The position numbers and the translations under genes are program-made. This document shows, in pieces, positions 49,771-64,000 of a DNA stretch of 64,000 nucleotides. How positions within the stretch are numbered: the stretch's first letter is position 1; each line of letters begins with the position of its first letter. The stretch comes from Mustelus asterias (lineage: Eukaryota), in the NCBI RefSeq assembly GCF_964213995.1, contig NW_027590123.1, positions 1,674,001 through 1,738,000 of the forward strand, in the 5' to 3' direction. The notes beneath the pieces are model-generated. The model searched no databases, was not told the origin of the DNA, and saw nothing but the letters and a program-made list of their open reading frames with translations.

Positions 49771-52700
49771 CGAGGATTACTCCCGGTGAATTGATTGCTG
49801 ACACTGGAACATTCCAGAAACAGACTAATACTGAGGCAGTAAGATTGAGATCCATTGTAATGTCTCTGTAAGTCCAAGGGGTGAAATTGCATTTGATTAT
49901 CTGTTATATAAAAGAACCAATTTCATTGTAAATTAAATACCTTCATTTCTGCACCTCTTCACAAGGGAATAGACATAAACAAGGTGATATTATCTTATCA
50001 GGGTAAAGACGTCAGTCAGATTTGCAATAATTCTGTGTCTCTAACACATTGCAGCAAAATAATAATTCATTAAAGGAATTATTATCGATTTATGTAACTA
50101 CATGCTGGGATGATTGTATTTCAGGTGTGGATAGCTATCCGTGTAATTTGGGACTGGATATAAGCAAAAAGGGAAGCAATGGCTTCGTGTTATTATCGCT
50201 ATACAATTAATCCACAAACTCAACTAATGTTCTCAGGATCTGGCTTCGAATCCCGCCACGGCAGATGGTGGAATTTAAATTCAGTAAAAACGTCTGGACT
50301 TCGGAATCTACTTATGACCATGATATCGTTGCCGATTGTCTTCAGTAATGTCCTTTCGAGAAGGAAATCTGCAGTCCTTACCTGGCTGGCCTACATGTGA
50401 TTCCAGAGCCACAGCAATGTGGTTGGCTCTCAACTGCCCTCGGACAAGGAGTGGGCAATAAATGCTGACCATCCAGCGACATCCATGTCCATAGAATCCC
50501 TACAGAGCAGAAGGAGGCCATTTGGCCCATTAGGCCTGCACCGACAACATTCCCACTCAGGCCCTATCCCCATCACCCCACGTATATTCGCTGCTAATTC
50601 CCTTGGCATCATGGAAGAATTTATCATCGCCAATCAACCTAAGCGGCACATCTTCGGACCGTGTGAGTAAATAGGCAGACAATTGGAGGACGTGCAGACT
50701 CCACACAGACAGAGACTCCACGCAGATCCAAACCGGGAATTGAATCCGGGTCCCTTGCGTTGTGCGGCAGCAGTGCTAACAACTATGCCACCGTGCCGTC
50801 CATGAATGAATTGAAAAAAGAAACTCCTCATATGATACAATGTTACACCTCATATTTCCCCAACAGCTCCTTAACCCTGTGAAAATTAACAGTGAAAGAA
50901 ACCTGGTTGACTTATAATTAATTGAGTTGACAGAGATACATAAAATTGAAATCGATTTTGACAGAGAAATTAATGAATCAGAACCAACACGGCGATCAGG
51001 AAAGTTCTCCTTCAGCATCTCAATCATTACAGCTCATTTTATTGGCCACCGCTGTCTAACATTCATTCGTCGTGGGAACACAGGATATCAGGACTTTGCG
51101 GCATTTTGCACAATATCACAAGAGTAAATGTTTTATCTTCCACTGAACCAGGTTATGAACTGGTCATTTCTTCACTCATTGGCAGCTATGAGAGGGACTG
51201 TTAAATAATCGAAATCAGGTTATGCTGCACAACAGAACATGGTGCCAATCACGTATAATTGACGTTGTCTTTTTAAAGAGGTGGAGAACACTGAGAATAT
51301 TCCAGGAATCCGCGCTGTTCAAGGCAGTTATATGACTTTCTTTTACTTTTAATTATTTTAATTTTGGGCCATTACACTGATCTCGTTGGACTGAGGGATT
51401 GGGGACATCAAAATCTCTTTCGTGCACTTCATGAAGTTGCTCACAAAGTGGATTTAATTGTTGGAACGACATTTATTTGCAAGTTATACAAATGAAATAG
51501 CAACTAGCCAATTTACTAGTTTCCGATACTGTTTAATCACATAATGAACAGTGCATTCATTTAAAATATTTGCTGAGAATACCATTTAAAACGTGTCTTT
51601 CTTTTGGGAATCAAACATTTATTATATAACTGGCTAAATCCCATTTTATTCTTACAGATTCACGTTAATCTGTCCCACGCAGTATTTGGCAGCAGTCCAA
51701 CCTGCTGCCAAATACCCGAAGATATTTACAGGAAGCATCTGAGGGTGTTTGTTCAGAAACTCAAAGATCTGTTTCCTCAGCACTGAGCGCTTGGCTGCAA
51801 GCCAACTTCAAACTCTCAACATTGTCAATGGGGCCTATTTATAAACAAATCTGCCCAGCAACAGTACTGGAGGCAAGTTAATTATTGTTTAAGTTGTAAA
51901 CCTATATGAATGCTTCCCATTTCTTTGGAAAAGAAAGTTTCCAGCTTCTCTGGCACCTTGTTAGCAACAATGATGATCTCTCCAACACAACAAAATACTG
52001 TGAACGATGGATAAAAATAAACACAGGCAGATTGTGAGAGTTGATTCAGAGAGGTGATACATTTTATAATACATAAACATGTATGCTTGTGTTTTATTTC
52101 ACTTTTTTCTTCCACGGGACGTGGGAGTCTCTGGAAAGACCAACATTTGTTTCCTGTGCTTAATTTATTTTGAACTGAGTGGTGTGTTAGGACATTTCAG
52201 AAGGCATTGCCCAGTTACGCATACTGCTGTCCGTCTGGAGTCACACCCTGGTGAGACTAAGTAGGGATGGCAGATTTCTTTGATTGGGGAATCAGAGTGG
52301 TTCATCTGGTCGCTGCAAATATGAATCCAGATTTATTGATTGAAATCAAATTCCACCAGCTGCCATGGTCGGATTTAATCTCGCATTCACACATCACTGG
52401 CCTGGGCTTCTGGATTACTGCTCCACTGGCATTAATATTACGCCACCATCGACACAAGAAATAAATAAATGCTTGTGTTGATGCAGGGATGAACGATAGT
52501 TGGATGCCTGAATGTTTTCATCGAGGAATCAGTGAATGGACTGATGGATGTGATGATAGCTGGTCCTGACATTTGTTGTTCCACATACGCACACTTGTGT
52601 TTTACTACTTCAAAAATCGAGGATGGCCCTTTATTACAATTGTGTCAGTCCACAACCTTTAATCCTTCCAGATTTTCTGGGTGAATTCCATCCCAGGGAT

Positions 52701-55472
52701 ATGCGGAACAAATGAATTGAACGTCACTAAGAGTAGTCTGATTTCCCCCCCTGCTGATGGTGAATCTCCAAATGCAAGATGGAAAGAGGGAACATGATTA
52801 GGTTGATGAGGGAAGATTGTAATATTTGGAACATGTGGCCTTCCTCGTGCAACAAAATCACTCAACAGATCATCACCCAAATTAGTGAAGATAATACGCT
52901 AAAAAATAAACGATGTGGCAACTACAATATTGTGAAACTCACTGGACAGCTTGAAGTTTTAAATTACTTGCCAGAACTTTGTAAAAATGAATCGGGATTT
53001 TAAGCGTCTATTAATTCACATTAGATACAGATACTTTCAGTTCTACAGTCATTTTTAAAATGGTCACACACTCCAGTTATATATCAGGAGTTTCTGTGTG
53101 ATGATGAGGTCATTACTTGTTAATAAAGCGCAGAGGCTGCTGGGTAGCTGCTACTATTTGGCTGATTTAATTCAATTTCCCGCTGAATTCTGGGGCAGAT
53201 TTGTTTATTTCGTGACAGAAAGGCCAATGTTATCTCAATACATTTGAATCTGCAGTTTCATTCACTGCAATTATATTTGCATCAAATAAAATACTGACAA
53301 TAATTGGTGAAATATTAATTTATTTTTGTGAATTGAAGATTATTGGTAATATTGGCGCCAGGCAATGATCATCTCCAAAAAGGGAGAACCTACCCATTGC
53401 CCCTTGTCACTCAATGATATTATGATACTGAATCACCCACTATAAACATCGGCGGGGTTACCATTGGCTAATAAGAACATAAGAACATAAGAAATAGGAG
53501 CAGGAGTAGGCCATCTAGCCCCTCGAGCCTGCCCCGCCATTCAATAAGACCATGGCTGATCTGATAGTGGTTTAGTTCCACTTACCCGCCCGCTCCCCAT
53601 AACCCTTAATTCCCTTATTGATCAGAGATCTATCTACCTGTGACTTCAACATATTACACGAGGTAGCCTCCACTGCTTCAATGGGCAGAGAATTCCAGAG
53701 ATTCACTACCCTCTGAGAGAAGAAGTTCCCCCTCAACTCTGTTCTAAACTGACTCCCCCTTATTTTGAGACTGTCCTCTAGTTCTTGTTTCCTTTCTAAG
53801 TGGAAAGAATCTCTCTGCCTCTACCCTGTCTAGCCACTTCATTATCTTATATGTCTCTATAAGATCTCCCCTCAGCCTTCTAAACTCCAACGAGTACAGG
53901 CCCAATCTACACAATCTCTCCTCATAAGCTAACCCCTCATCTCTGGTATCAACCTGGTGAACCTTCTCTGTACTCCCTCCAAAGCCAATATATCCTTCCG
54001 CAAATAAGGGGACCAAAATTGCACACAGTACTCTAGTTGCGGCCTCACTAGTACCTTGTACAATTTCAGCAAGACCTCCCTGCTTTTATACTCCATCCCC
54101 TTCGCAATAAAGGCCAACATTCCATTTGCCTTCTTGATCACCTGCTGCACCTGCAAACTGAGTTTTTGCGATTCATGCACAAGGACCCCCAGGTCCCTCT
54201 GCACAGTAGCATGTTGTAATTTTTCACCATATAAATAATAGTCCATTTTACTATTATTCCTTCCAAAGCGGATAACCTCACACTTGTCAACGTTATACTC
54301 CATCTGTTGCATTATAATCGCTGCATTAACTAGGTATATAAATGCTCCGGCTAGAATATCAGGTTACCCTGCTGTGAGTAACCCACCTCCTGACTCCCCA
54401 AACCTGTGCACCACCGACACGACACAAGTCAGGAGAGTAAAAGGGTTCTCTCCACTTGCTTGAGTAAGTGCAGCTCAAACAGTATTCAAGAATCTTCATA
54501 CCATTCAGGACAAAGCAGCCGGCTGGACTGGCACAGCATTTGCAAATGCTCAGTCCCTCCACCACAGAGAGCAGCATTAAGTACCATCTACAAGTTTCAC
54601 TTCCGAAACTCACCGAAACTCCTTACGCAACACCTTCCAACCACACGACACCTACCATCTGGAAGGACAGGGGTAACAATTACCAGGGAATATCACCTAT
54701 AAATTCCCCTCCAAGTCAGTCATATACCTGACTTGGAAATATATCGTCCTTCCTTCACTATTGCTGGATCGAAATCCTAGACGTCCCTCTGCAACAGCAC
54801 AGTGTGGGTACCAGCACCACCGGTTCTGCAGCAATTCAAGAAGGTAGCTCACCACCAGCTCACTAAGGGCAATTAGGTATAGGCAACAAATACTGACTGA
54901 GCCAGCGACGCACGTATCCATTAAATTAAAACTTAAACGATTAATGTTTATGAATGGATGATAACTTATGAACAAAATTGTGTAACTTTGTGAATGGATG
55001 GCAATTGGTGAAAATAAATACCAACTTTCTGAACATTTATGACCTTCTCTTTCTCTGCCAGAAGATAGGTTCCGTTCCACAGGAGACTCATAATTCAAAA
55101 GCATCACACTATCCGAAGACAAGGTCGACAGAAGAGGCGGCAACATCTGCAGCTGTATCTCAATCATAGCATCATGGGAAAGGCCTTTGATAGGATGACA
55201 ATTTTGTTACTCATCTGCTTGAAGACCGGGATTAACCTGAAGCACAGTGTTGTGTTTGTGTTGGAAGATATACGTATCATAACCATACCTTCCTGAATCT
55301 AAATAAGACATTCGACACTAGCATCAGAGCAGAGACTACAGGATTTGGGGGAACTAGGCTCTCCAACAAAAATTCCTCGGTCTCATTCATGACACAGAAA
55401 ACGACAATATACAACCACAACTAATAGCTTCATGGGCAACACTTGCCGTTGAATCAACCTCTCAAAAATTGC
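49771..55472 (+). repeat. Older, more diverged duplicate (copy B) of the VH 5' flank 39467-44485
   Basis: Colinear matches, e.g. GATTGCTGAC.CTGGAACATTCCAGA, GCTTGGCTGCAAGCCAACTTCAA, and the RTE remnant ending TCAAAAATTG.CC. Confidence 0.85.
53471..54310 (-). mobile_element. CR1-type LINE 3' fragment
   Basis: MEYNVDKCEVI...LVRPQLEYCVQFWSP; (AAGAACAT)n tail. Confidence 0.9.
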
Positions 55473-55613
55473 CCATCGAGTCTGCACCGAATCTCTGACA
55501 GAGTATCTGAGCCAAACCCTTTCCCCTACCCATGCCCCATAGCCCCACACATTTACCATGACCAATCCACCTAATCTGAACATCTTTGGATACTAAGGGG
55601 CAATTTAGCATGG

Positions 55614-58600
55614 CCATTAGAATGTATTCCATATTTATTAATTGAATTCAAATTCCACCAGCTGCAATGCTCCGATTTAAATCCCTGTCCCCACATCATT
55701 GTCCTGGGCCTCTGGATCACTGGGCCAATTAAATTAATATTACGTCACCATCTGCACAAACAATAAATGAATGACTGTCTTGATGCAGGAATGAATGACA
55801 GTTGAATGAATGATAGTTGGATGAATGACAGTTGGATGCCTGAATATTTTGATTGAGGAATCAGTGAATGGATTGATAGATGCATTGTTAAATGGTACTG
55901 GAAGATGTTGTTCTACATTCCCATACTTGTACTTGACTGGTCCATAAATTGAAACAGCTCCTTTATCCCATTTCTGTCAGTCTAATAACGTCAATACTTC
56001 CAGAAGTTCTGGGAGAAATCCAACCCTAGTTTCTCGGGAGTTAGCAAGCTGATCCTCACGAAAAAGAAGAGGGGATTTTCCTGCAGCACGGATGGTTCAT
56101 TTCTCTGCTGATGCTGAATATTCATATCCAAGATCGAAAGAGGGAACATGATTTGACTGAGGAGGGAGGTTTGTAATATTTGAAACATGTGCAGCAAATC
56201 ACTCACCATGCCCTCACCCAAATAAATGAAGGTCACAGGCTGTAAAATAAATAATGTGGCAACAGATATATTGTGAGACTCACTGGATAACTACAAGTGT
56301 TACATTATTTCCCAAAACTGTGTAATAATGAATCGGGATTTAAAGATTCAGTAAAATCATATTTGGTGCAGGTAGTTTAATTTGTATGATTACTTTGGAA
56401 ATCATCGCACCAGTTATGATTCAGGAGTTTAAAGCGCAGAGTCTGCTGGGTAGCTACTCATGATCCTCGGTCTGTATTCATTCAATTTCCAACTGAATTC
56501 TGGGACAGATTTTATCCTTGGTGACAAAAAGGTGTCAATAAATGTTAATATCAATAAATTATTGAAAGCAAAGTTGTATAGAAGGAAATACTGGAAACAA
56601 ACAGAAAATGCTGGAAAATCTCAGCAGGTCTGACAGCATCTGTGGAGACAGAATAGAGCCAACGTTTCGAGTCTGGATGACGCTTCGGCAGAGTATTCCT
56701 GATGCGTTGGAGAGATCATCATTGTTTCTAACAAGGTGTCAGAGAAGCTGCATAACTTTCCTGTGAAATGGGAATAGTTCAAATAGATACTGTTTAATTA
56801 TATGCACTATTTCGAGCTTCACACAAGTTTAATCAATTTACATACCGATCCCAAAAATCATCAACTTCTCCATGCTAACTAACCTAATCAACATCTCAAT
56901 CGCTAACTATATCCTAATCCCTTTCCACCTCATCATTTCCCAATGTCATCACCCTCTTCAATTTCCCCCAAATAAAAAAAAGGGTCATCCCGACTCGAAA
57001 CTTTGACTCTATTAAATTATAGCTTAGACAGTCGCCCACCTTCCATCAAGTAATTTTAAATAGACTAAACTTTGTGAATGAATGAGAATTAGTGAATGCA
57101 TTTATTAAATTGTGAATGGACGGTCATTGGTGAAAATAATTACTATCTTTCTGAACATTTATGACATTCTCCTTATTTGCTGGAAGATTTAAGGTTTGTA
57201 GTTAATTTATTAATGTCACAAGTAGGCTTACATTAACACTGCAATGAAGTCACTGTAAAATCCCTGAGTCGCCACACTGTAGCTTCTGTTCGGGTACACT
57301 GAGGGAGAATTTAGCCTGGCCAGTACACATTACCAGCATGCCTTTTCGGACTGTGCAGGAAACTGGACCACCCAGAAGAAATCCACGCATAAACGGGGAG
57401 AAAGTACAGACTCCGCACAGACACTGACCCAAGCCGGAACCAAACCAGTGGCCCCGGCACTGTGAGGCAACAGAGCTAACCACTGTGCCACCATGGCACC
57501 CATCATTCCATAAGACAGGCATGATTCAAATTTATCACACTTTTTGCAAAGTAAACCGATGGAAGAGACTATTACAACTACCAACATATCTCAGTCATAA
57601 CATCACGGGTAAGATCTTTGCTGGGGTCACGCTTGAAATACATCATCTGCTTGCAGACCGGGTGTTCCTGATGTGCAGTGTAGTGACTGTGTTGGAACAT
57701 TTACTCCAGCCAACAACTTCTCCATGTTCCATATGTGTCCATATCTTTAACGTACTTCGGCCAATCTCGCGAAGTCATTCAACACCGTCAGCAGGGCAAG
57801 GAATACAGGATTTTGGTGATAACTGGCTCTACACCAAAGCTCCTAATATCCATTCATGATACAAAAACGATAACACACAATGACGAATGGTAGCTTAATG
57901 GGCAGCACTTGTGGCAGAACTAACTTTTCAAAAATTGGCCTCCTCAATCATCAGAAAAGGTGACATATGTAAAGGAAGCCAATCTGAATTGGATGTGTTT
58001 ATTGTGTGTCCTACATGTAGTGTAAATGGAAGGATGCAAGTGATCATTGTGGAATTAATTTGTATAAAACACGATGTAATTCACATAACACACACACACA
58101 CCAAGATGCTCAAATTGGGTCCCGCACGGAGCACTCGATTCCAGAAATGATTTGGAAAGAGTCCAAATATAGATTTAAAAACATAAATTAAAAAGGTGAA
58201 TAGAGAGTGCCTGCCCTTGACATGGACACAGCGTCTGACCGTTTGTGGCATCAAGGAGCCCGAGCGAAACTGCAGTCAATGGGAATCAGGGGGAACAGAG
58301 TCCACTGCCTGAGTCATGCTGAGCACAAAGGAGGATGGTTGTTGATGGTCAATCATGCCAGTCACACGCATTGCTGCAGGAATTCTTCAGGTTAGTGACC
58401 TCGCTCCAAGCTTCAGCCTTCATCAAAGTTCAGAAGTGGGATTTTCACAGGTGATTGCACAAAGTTCCGCACCAGTTGCGACTCCTCAGTTACTGACACA
58501 GTCTGTGTCCATATGCAGTAAGACTTAGAAAACATTCAGTCTTTGGATAATGAATGACAAGGAACATTCATGCACCACAAGTGGCAGGCAATGACAGTCT

Positions 58601-61600
58601 CCAATGAGGGAGATTCCAAACCACCCCCCATGACATTAAATTGCATAACCCATCGCTGAATTCGCCCATTATCAACATCCTGGGAATTATAATTCGTGAA
58701 AATCTGAACGAAGACAGACGTTTAAATCATGTGGCCACAGGAGCAGGTCAGACGCTCGGAGTTCTGCAGTGAACAACGCACCTCCTGAATTCCAAACTCC
58801 TATCCATCATCTACAAGGCAAAAGGCTGGAGTATAAACAAATATCACAGAACAGTCAAGCACAGGAACAGGCCCTTCGGCCCACCAAGTCTGTGCCGACA
58901 CAAATGATTGAATATTCTCTACTTGCCTGACTTGTGCCACTCAAAAGCTCAATGTCATTCTAGACAAAGTAGATGCCTCGAAGAACACCCCACCCACCAG
59001 CTTCCCAAAGCCTGCCGCCATATTCTCAAAGGAATTCATGGTTTGACAACAAAAGCTGACTTTCCCAGTGACATCAAAATCACATGAAACGATTTTAAAC
59101 ATACCATATCTCTGCCTATATTCAGCTAGCCTCTGCGTCTGTCTATATTACAGTAGGCTGCGCCTGGATCCCATTCCAGGAGGTCATGTCTAAGCTTTTT
59201 TCCTGCACTTGGCTCAATATCAGGTGTTCGTATATGAGACACAGGCCCTGTTTATGTTATAATTTCTAAGTTATGGCTGTACTGAGCCATGCTTCTGCTG
59301 ATCCGACAAGAGGCCGTGTCTCAATTCTTACTGCCTCAGAACATTTGCCAATGCATACTAAACTGGAGCAACTGCTTCATGCATGACACATGGTTCTGTC
59401 ACAGTTACTTTGCTAATAGTTCATTAGATTTTGATCAACTCGATCCTGTTTGCGTTAATGCTGCACCAGTCCATGTATTTATTTATTTCAGACTATATCA
59501 CGTCTGAGCTATAATTGCATTTTGCAATACCTCCTAATTGCTGCATTGTCCGTATCTCAGTGTGTATCAGTCTAGGCCCTGTACCAGTAATTATTACAAA
59601 TAAACTGGGCTCTGTCTCAGTTTACATCAGTCTAGTGCTGTATCAGTAATCATTACTAATACATAGAACATAGAACATAGAACATTACAGCGCAGAACAG
59701 GCCCTTCGGCCCACGATGTTGCACCGACCAGTTAAAAAAAAACTGTGACCCTCCAACCTAAACCAATTTCTTTTCGTCCATGAACCTATCTACGGATCTC
59801 TTAAACGCCCCCAAACTAGGCGCATTTACTACTGATGCTGGCAGGGCATTCCAATCCCTCACCACCCTCTGGGTAAAGAACCTACCCCTGACATCGGTTC
59901 TATAACTACCCCCCCTCAATTTAAAGCCATGCCCCCTCGTGCTGGATTTCTCCATCAGAGGAAAAAGGCTATCACTATCCACCCTATCTAATACACTGGA
60001 CTCTGTCTCAGTTTACATCTGTCACTGTCCTGTATCTATTAGTAATTATTACTAATGCACTTGACTCCGTCTCACTCTAAAGACATTTAGGTCCTGTATC
60101 ATTAATTACCGGGCTCTGTCTCAGTTTATATGTATAAGCTCCTATGTCCAGTAAAACTGCACTAGACACTGTCTCAGTTTTATTTTCCTCGACGTTGTCA
60201 TATATATTTGTAATGTTTGTTTCATGGGATGTGGGTGTCACTGAAAAGATCAGCATTTGGCCTTTGACCATCCCCACATGGCACTCGGAAAGAAACCCAT
60301 TTCTATTTTGCTGGATCAGGGTTTATGTTAAATTAGAGTCTGTCTCTGTTAATACACTGCTAGATTAGAAATCAGTTTATATTGCACTAGCCATACTCGC
60401 TGGTTCAGTAATATTTGATCCTGACCCTGTACATATTTCACTAGACTGTGTTAGTGTTATGCCTGTACTTAACTTTGCCTCTATTTGAATGATGTCTGCA
60501 TTTCTCCGCGGTTCTACGAGAAGAAGAGATATTATGTTGGATGAAAAACAGTGGTCTCTGGCAGGATTCTGAAACAGGCAGTATTGGATCGACAGTATTT
60601 GGTCGGTGCGGGGTTCCAGTGCCGAAGGGCCTGTTCCTCTGCAGTAACTTTTCTTGTTCTTTGATCTGTGTTGACAGTGCATGCTATACAGGTCTTACTA
60701 ACCATTCTCAATGCAGTCAGCAGAAGTAGATTTCAGATAACACTGCTTCTTTTCCTTGTTTAAGAGGATGCAGAGAATTGTGTCCCCCTAAACACTTTCC
60801 TCATTACTGGCATTGTCCAGTGCAGTAAAAACTGAGACCATGTCCAATGCAATATAAACGTGGATAGGGTCAAGTGCAGAAATAAGACTCCATCTAGTTT
60901 AATACAAACAGACAGGTCTAAATTAATACAAACCGATACAGCGCCTAGTTTGATATAAACCGAAACATGTTGATGCATAATATAAACAAGGACAAGGTCT
61001 AATTTAGTATAGTCAGAGAAAGCATCTCGTTTAATATGTGTAGAGATAGGGTCTCGTGCAACATAAACCGAGGCATGAACTTATATAATAGAAGCTGACA
61101 CAGGGTAAATTTGCTGTCTAATAAAGAAGCTGGTTCAATCTCCATGAAATTTGGAGAGACGGCCTACTGCCCCATCAAAAGTTCACAGGACAAGAGTAAC
61201 GTGGGGTTAGCTGTAAAGTTCCCCCATGCATTGCCAAATTTAACACTCCCAAGTCAGGAATAGCATGATTTTGATACAAAGTGAACCTCCCTCTCACTAT
61301 CAAAATCAAACATTCCTGGAAAAGGGAGACTGTCCAGAAAAAGAGTGGAACTCCCTCTACAAAGTCTGCTCAAACACAATGAAGGCATACAGACCAGGGA
61401 CTCTCTTCTCGGTAAAACCACTTCTGCATTTTTCCTTCAGAGAATCGGGAGGCAAGTTTGAATTGGTGTTCGGTAGAGGGGGAAGATCCCTCGACACAGT
61501 CCATAAAATACACCCAGGTCAGGTACAGCAGAGATTAGATACGGATTAAATCTCCCTTTACAAGTAATATCAAACATTCAAAGGGCAGTTACGTGAGTTT

Positions 61601-62378
61601 AGATGCAGACTAAATATTCCTCTACAATGTCCAGTCAAACAGTCCAAGGGCAGGGATAAATACAGGGAAAATTTCTTTGGTACTGCCACATCGAATCCTT
61701 GTTACGAGGTACAACACAGGTTAGATACAGAGGAAAATGTATAAAATATCCCAAGATCATAGAATGCTCAAGAGATCTTTCAGATTAAATCTCCCTCATG
61801 GATTCCAATTCATTGCGTTGCATTCTTTACAAGTCTGGCTGAGAGAATACATTGGGCAACATTGAATTCAGGTTGTGGAGGGAAGACGATGAACTATCGT
61901 GAAGAGACAAGACACAGAACCAGAAGGAGAAAGACAGAGAGAGAGAGATGAAACACAGGGAATTTCCACGAACACATTTGCCGTGTTATCACATTTCGGG
62001 ATCAGATGGATTATTTCCTAATTCTGAACATAGATATTGTCATGATTTTTTTCCTCATATAATCGATGAATAACTAAAGTATAAAAACAATCATTTCTGG
62101 AATCCGTTGATCGATTTGCATGTTTGTCTCTATTTCTGTGCTGTGTTGGTGGGGAAATACTTGTTGTGTTTTCGTCAGTCAACAATCTAATCTGGGATTT
62201 CTATTTCTGTGTTTATTTACATAAACACCTCACTGTTTACAATGAAATGTTCATGGCAGCAAAAACAGATAAACCGTCACTTATTCATTCGTTTCAACTC
62301 AAAATAGCGGTTATTTTAAGAATATTAACAGTTGGTTCAAAATGAATAGAAATATTTTTTAACATACATTACATCAGA
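55614..62378 (+). repeat. Segmental duplication copy C (paralog of 41707-48578)
   Basis: See copy A; carries an extra CR1 insertion at 59664-59987. Confidence 0.9.
59664..59987 (-). mobile_element. CR1-type LINE 3' fragment with 8-bp TSD (CTAATACA)
   Basis: FFTQRVVRDWNALP motif; TSD at 59656-59663 and 59988-59995; absent from paralog copy A. Confidence 0.85.
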
Positions 62379-64000
62379 TGCTATTTATTTACATGAATAA
62401 ATACATTCTATTTAAGAATTTGTTCTGAAAGTTCTGATGTCACAATAAATAAAGTATCTGTGAGCAGGCTGGTATTCCACTGAATGTTAATTTGATTGAT
62501 GATCTAAATTGCTTCAACTAGACAAGTTAAAACAAAGAGAACTGATGTTTGAAATATTCCTGTCATAATTAGTGATCAGACTCACACGAGGGAAGAATAA
62601 AAAATCCACTGTGGTTATCACTAAGTGATACAAGTAGCATTGCTGCCTCACAGTGACAGGGAAGCGGGTTCGATTCCAAACTTGGGTGACTGTGTGTGGT
62701 TTTTCACATTCTACCATGTCCATGTGAGTTTCCTCCGGTGCTCCGGTTTCCTTCCAGAGTCCAAGGATGTACGGGCTAGGTGGATTGGTATGATAAATTG
62801 CTCCTTTGAGTCCAAGGATGAGCAACGGAGAATCACAGAATCCCTACAGTGCAGAAGGAGACCATTCGCTTCATCAAGTCTGAACCAGCTGTCCAGCAGG
62901 GCATCATTCCCAGGCCCAAGGTGGATTGGCGATTCTAAATTGCCCCTTAGTGTGCAACGATGTGTAGGTTAGAGAAATTAGCCTCTGAATATGTGAGGTT
63001 GTCGGGAAACGGTGAAGGCTGGGCCTGGACAGGATGCTCTGCTGGAGAGCAGCTGCAGACTTGATGGACCGAATGGCCTCCTACTGCACTGCACTGGATT
63101 CTATGATTCTATGCTGCTCTGATCAGCAGAGGAACGAATATATTCGCATTAATCTCTCAGCACTTCCAACGTATTACAACTTTCATTTTGGTAGAGCTAA
63201 CATTTATAAAACGCTTTACCGGACTTCATGTAGTCCCAAAGTTCTTAAAACTCACTAATGTACCTTTGCTGAATTTAGTCACTGCTATCATATTGCAAAT
63301 ACACCAGGTAATGTACGTACAACAAACTCTCACAAACCGAGATGTGATAAATTGCCAGTAAATTTGTGATTTTGTTTGAAGAATCAGTATTAAGGTAGGA
63401 TATTGGGGAGAACAGCCTTGCTCTTTAGAATTATATCAATGAGATTTTGCATCCTGGCATCGATTTTAAATGTGAATCTGGTTCTCTATCTGCTTATGCA
63501 CACTGACCTGCTGAGTAGCATTTGTGTTGCTTTAGTTTTAGATTTCCAGAATCGGCAGCACTTTACACTGTTGTTATTGATCCTCTGGATGTGAGCATCA
63601 CTGACAAAGCCAACATTTAGTTGTCCCTGCTGAGAAGGCGGTTGTGAACCACCTTGTTGAAACCTGCCCTCTGGATGATTTTATTATTTGTTTTTCCATA
63701 GCAGCTTTGATACAACTGACTGGCCTGACCGGCAATTTCAGTAGTGGCTAAGAGTCATTTTCATCATCGTGGAATTGGAGTCTATGCAGAACAGACAGGG
63801 TAAAGATAGGAATCTTCTGTTTTCAGTTATTTCCAAAGAGACGATGTCGTTTAAAGTATAAAAGCAAATTACTACGGATTCTGGAATTGAAAGCAAAAGA
63901 GAAAATGCTGGAAAATCTCAGCAGGCCTGGCAATATCTGGGAGGAGAGAAAATAGCTGACATTTCGAATGTTTTGACAAAGGGTCATCTGGAATCGAAAA

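Overview
Vertebrate genomic DNA from a cartilaginous fish, most likely a shark, judged from HE1/V-SINE-type SINEs, CR1 LINEs and a cluster-type IgH gene. The core is one complete, unrearranged IgM heavy-chain minilocus on the minus strand: leader (39576-39621), VH (39147-39451, RSS23), D1 (RSS12/22), D2 (RSS12/12), JH (RSS23), an ~11 kb J-C intron containing a 179-N gap, Cmu1-Cmu4 with secretory tailpiece, TM1 and TM2. All exons are open, with canonical GT-AG splice sites. Upstream (39.9-62.4 kb) is partly triplicated cluster-flank DNA with a truncated VH pseudogene and what looks like a decayed IgSF/C1-set gene lying head-to-head with the VH promoter. Downstream (1-19 kb) is mostly retroelement debris plus a C2H2 zinc-finger pseudogene. 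The most interesting unexplained signals are: the head-to-head C1-like gene relic; a G-rich, AID-hotspot tandem repeat ~1 kb 5' of Cmu1 (switch-region-like); a five-copy octamer/Pax5-like/forkhead module behind JH that also has RSS-like geometry; and a sense-strand minimal hammerhead ribozyme between the secretory and membrane exons. All alignments were done by eye, so repeat boundaries are approximate and the functional readings are hypotheses.
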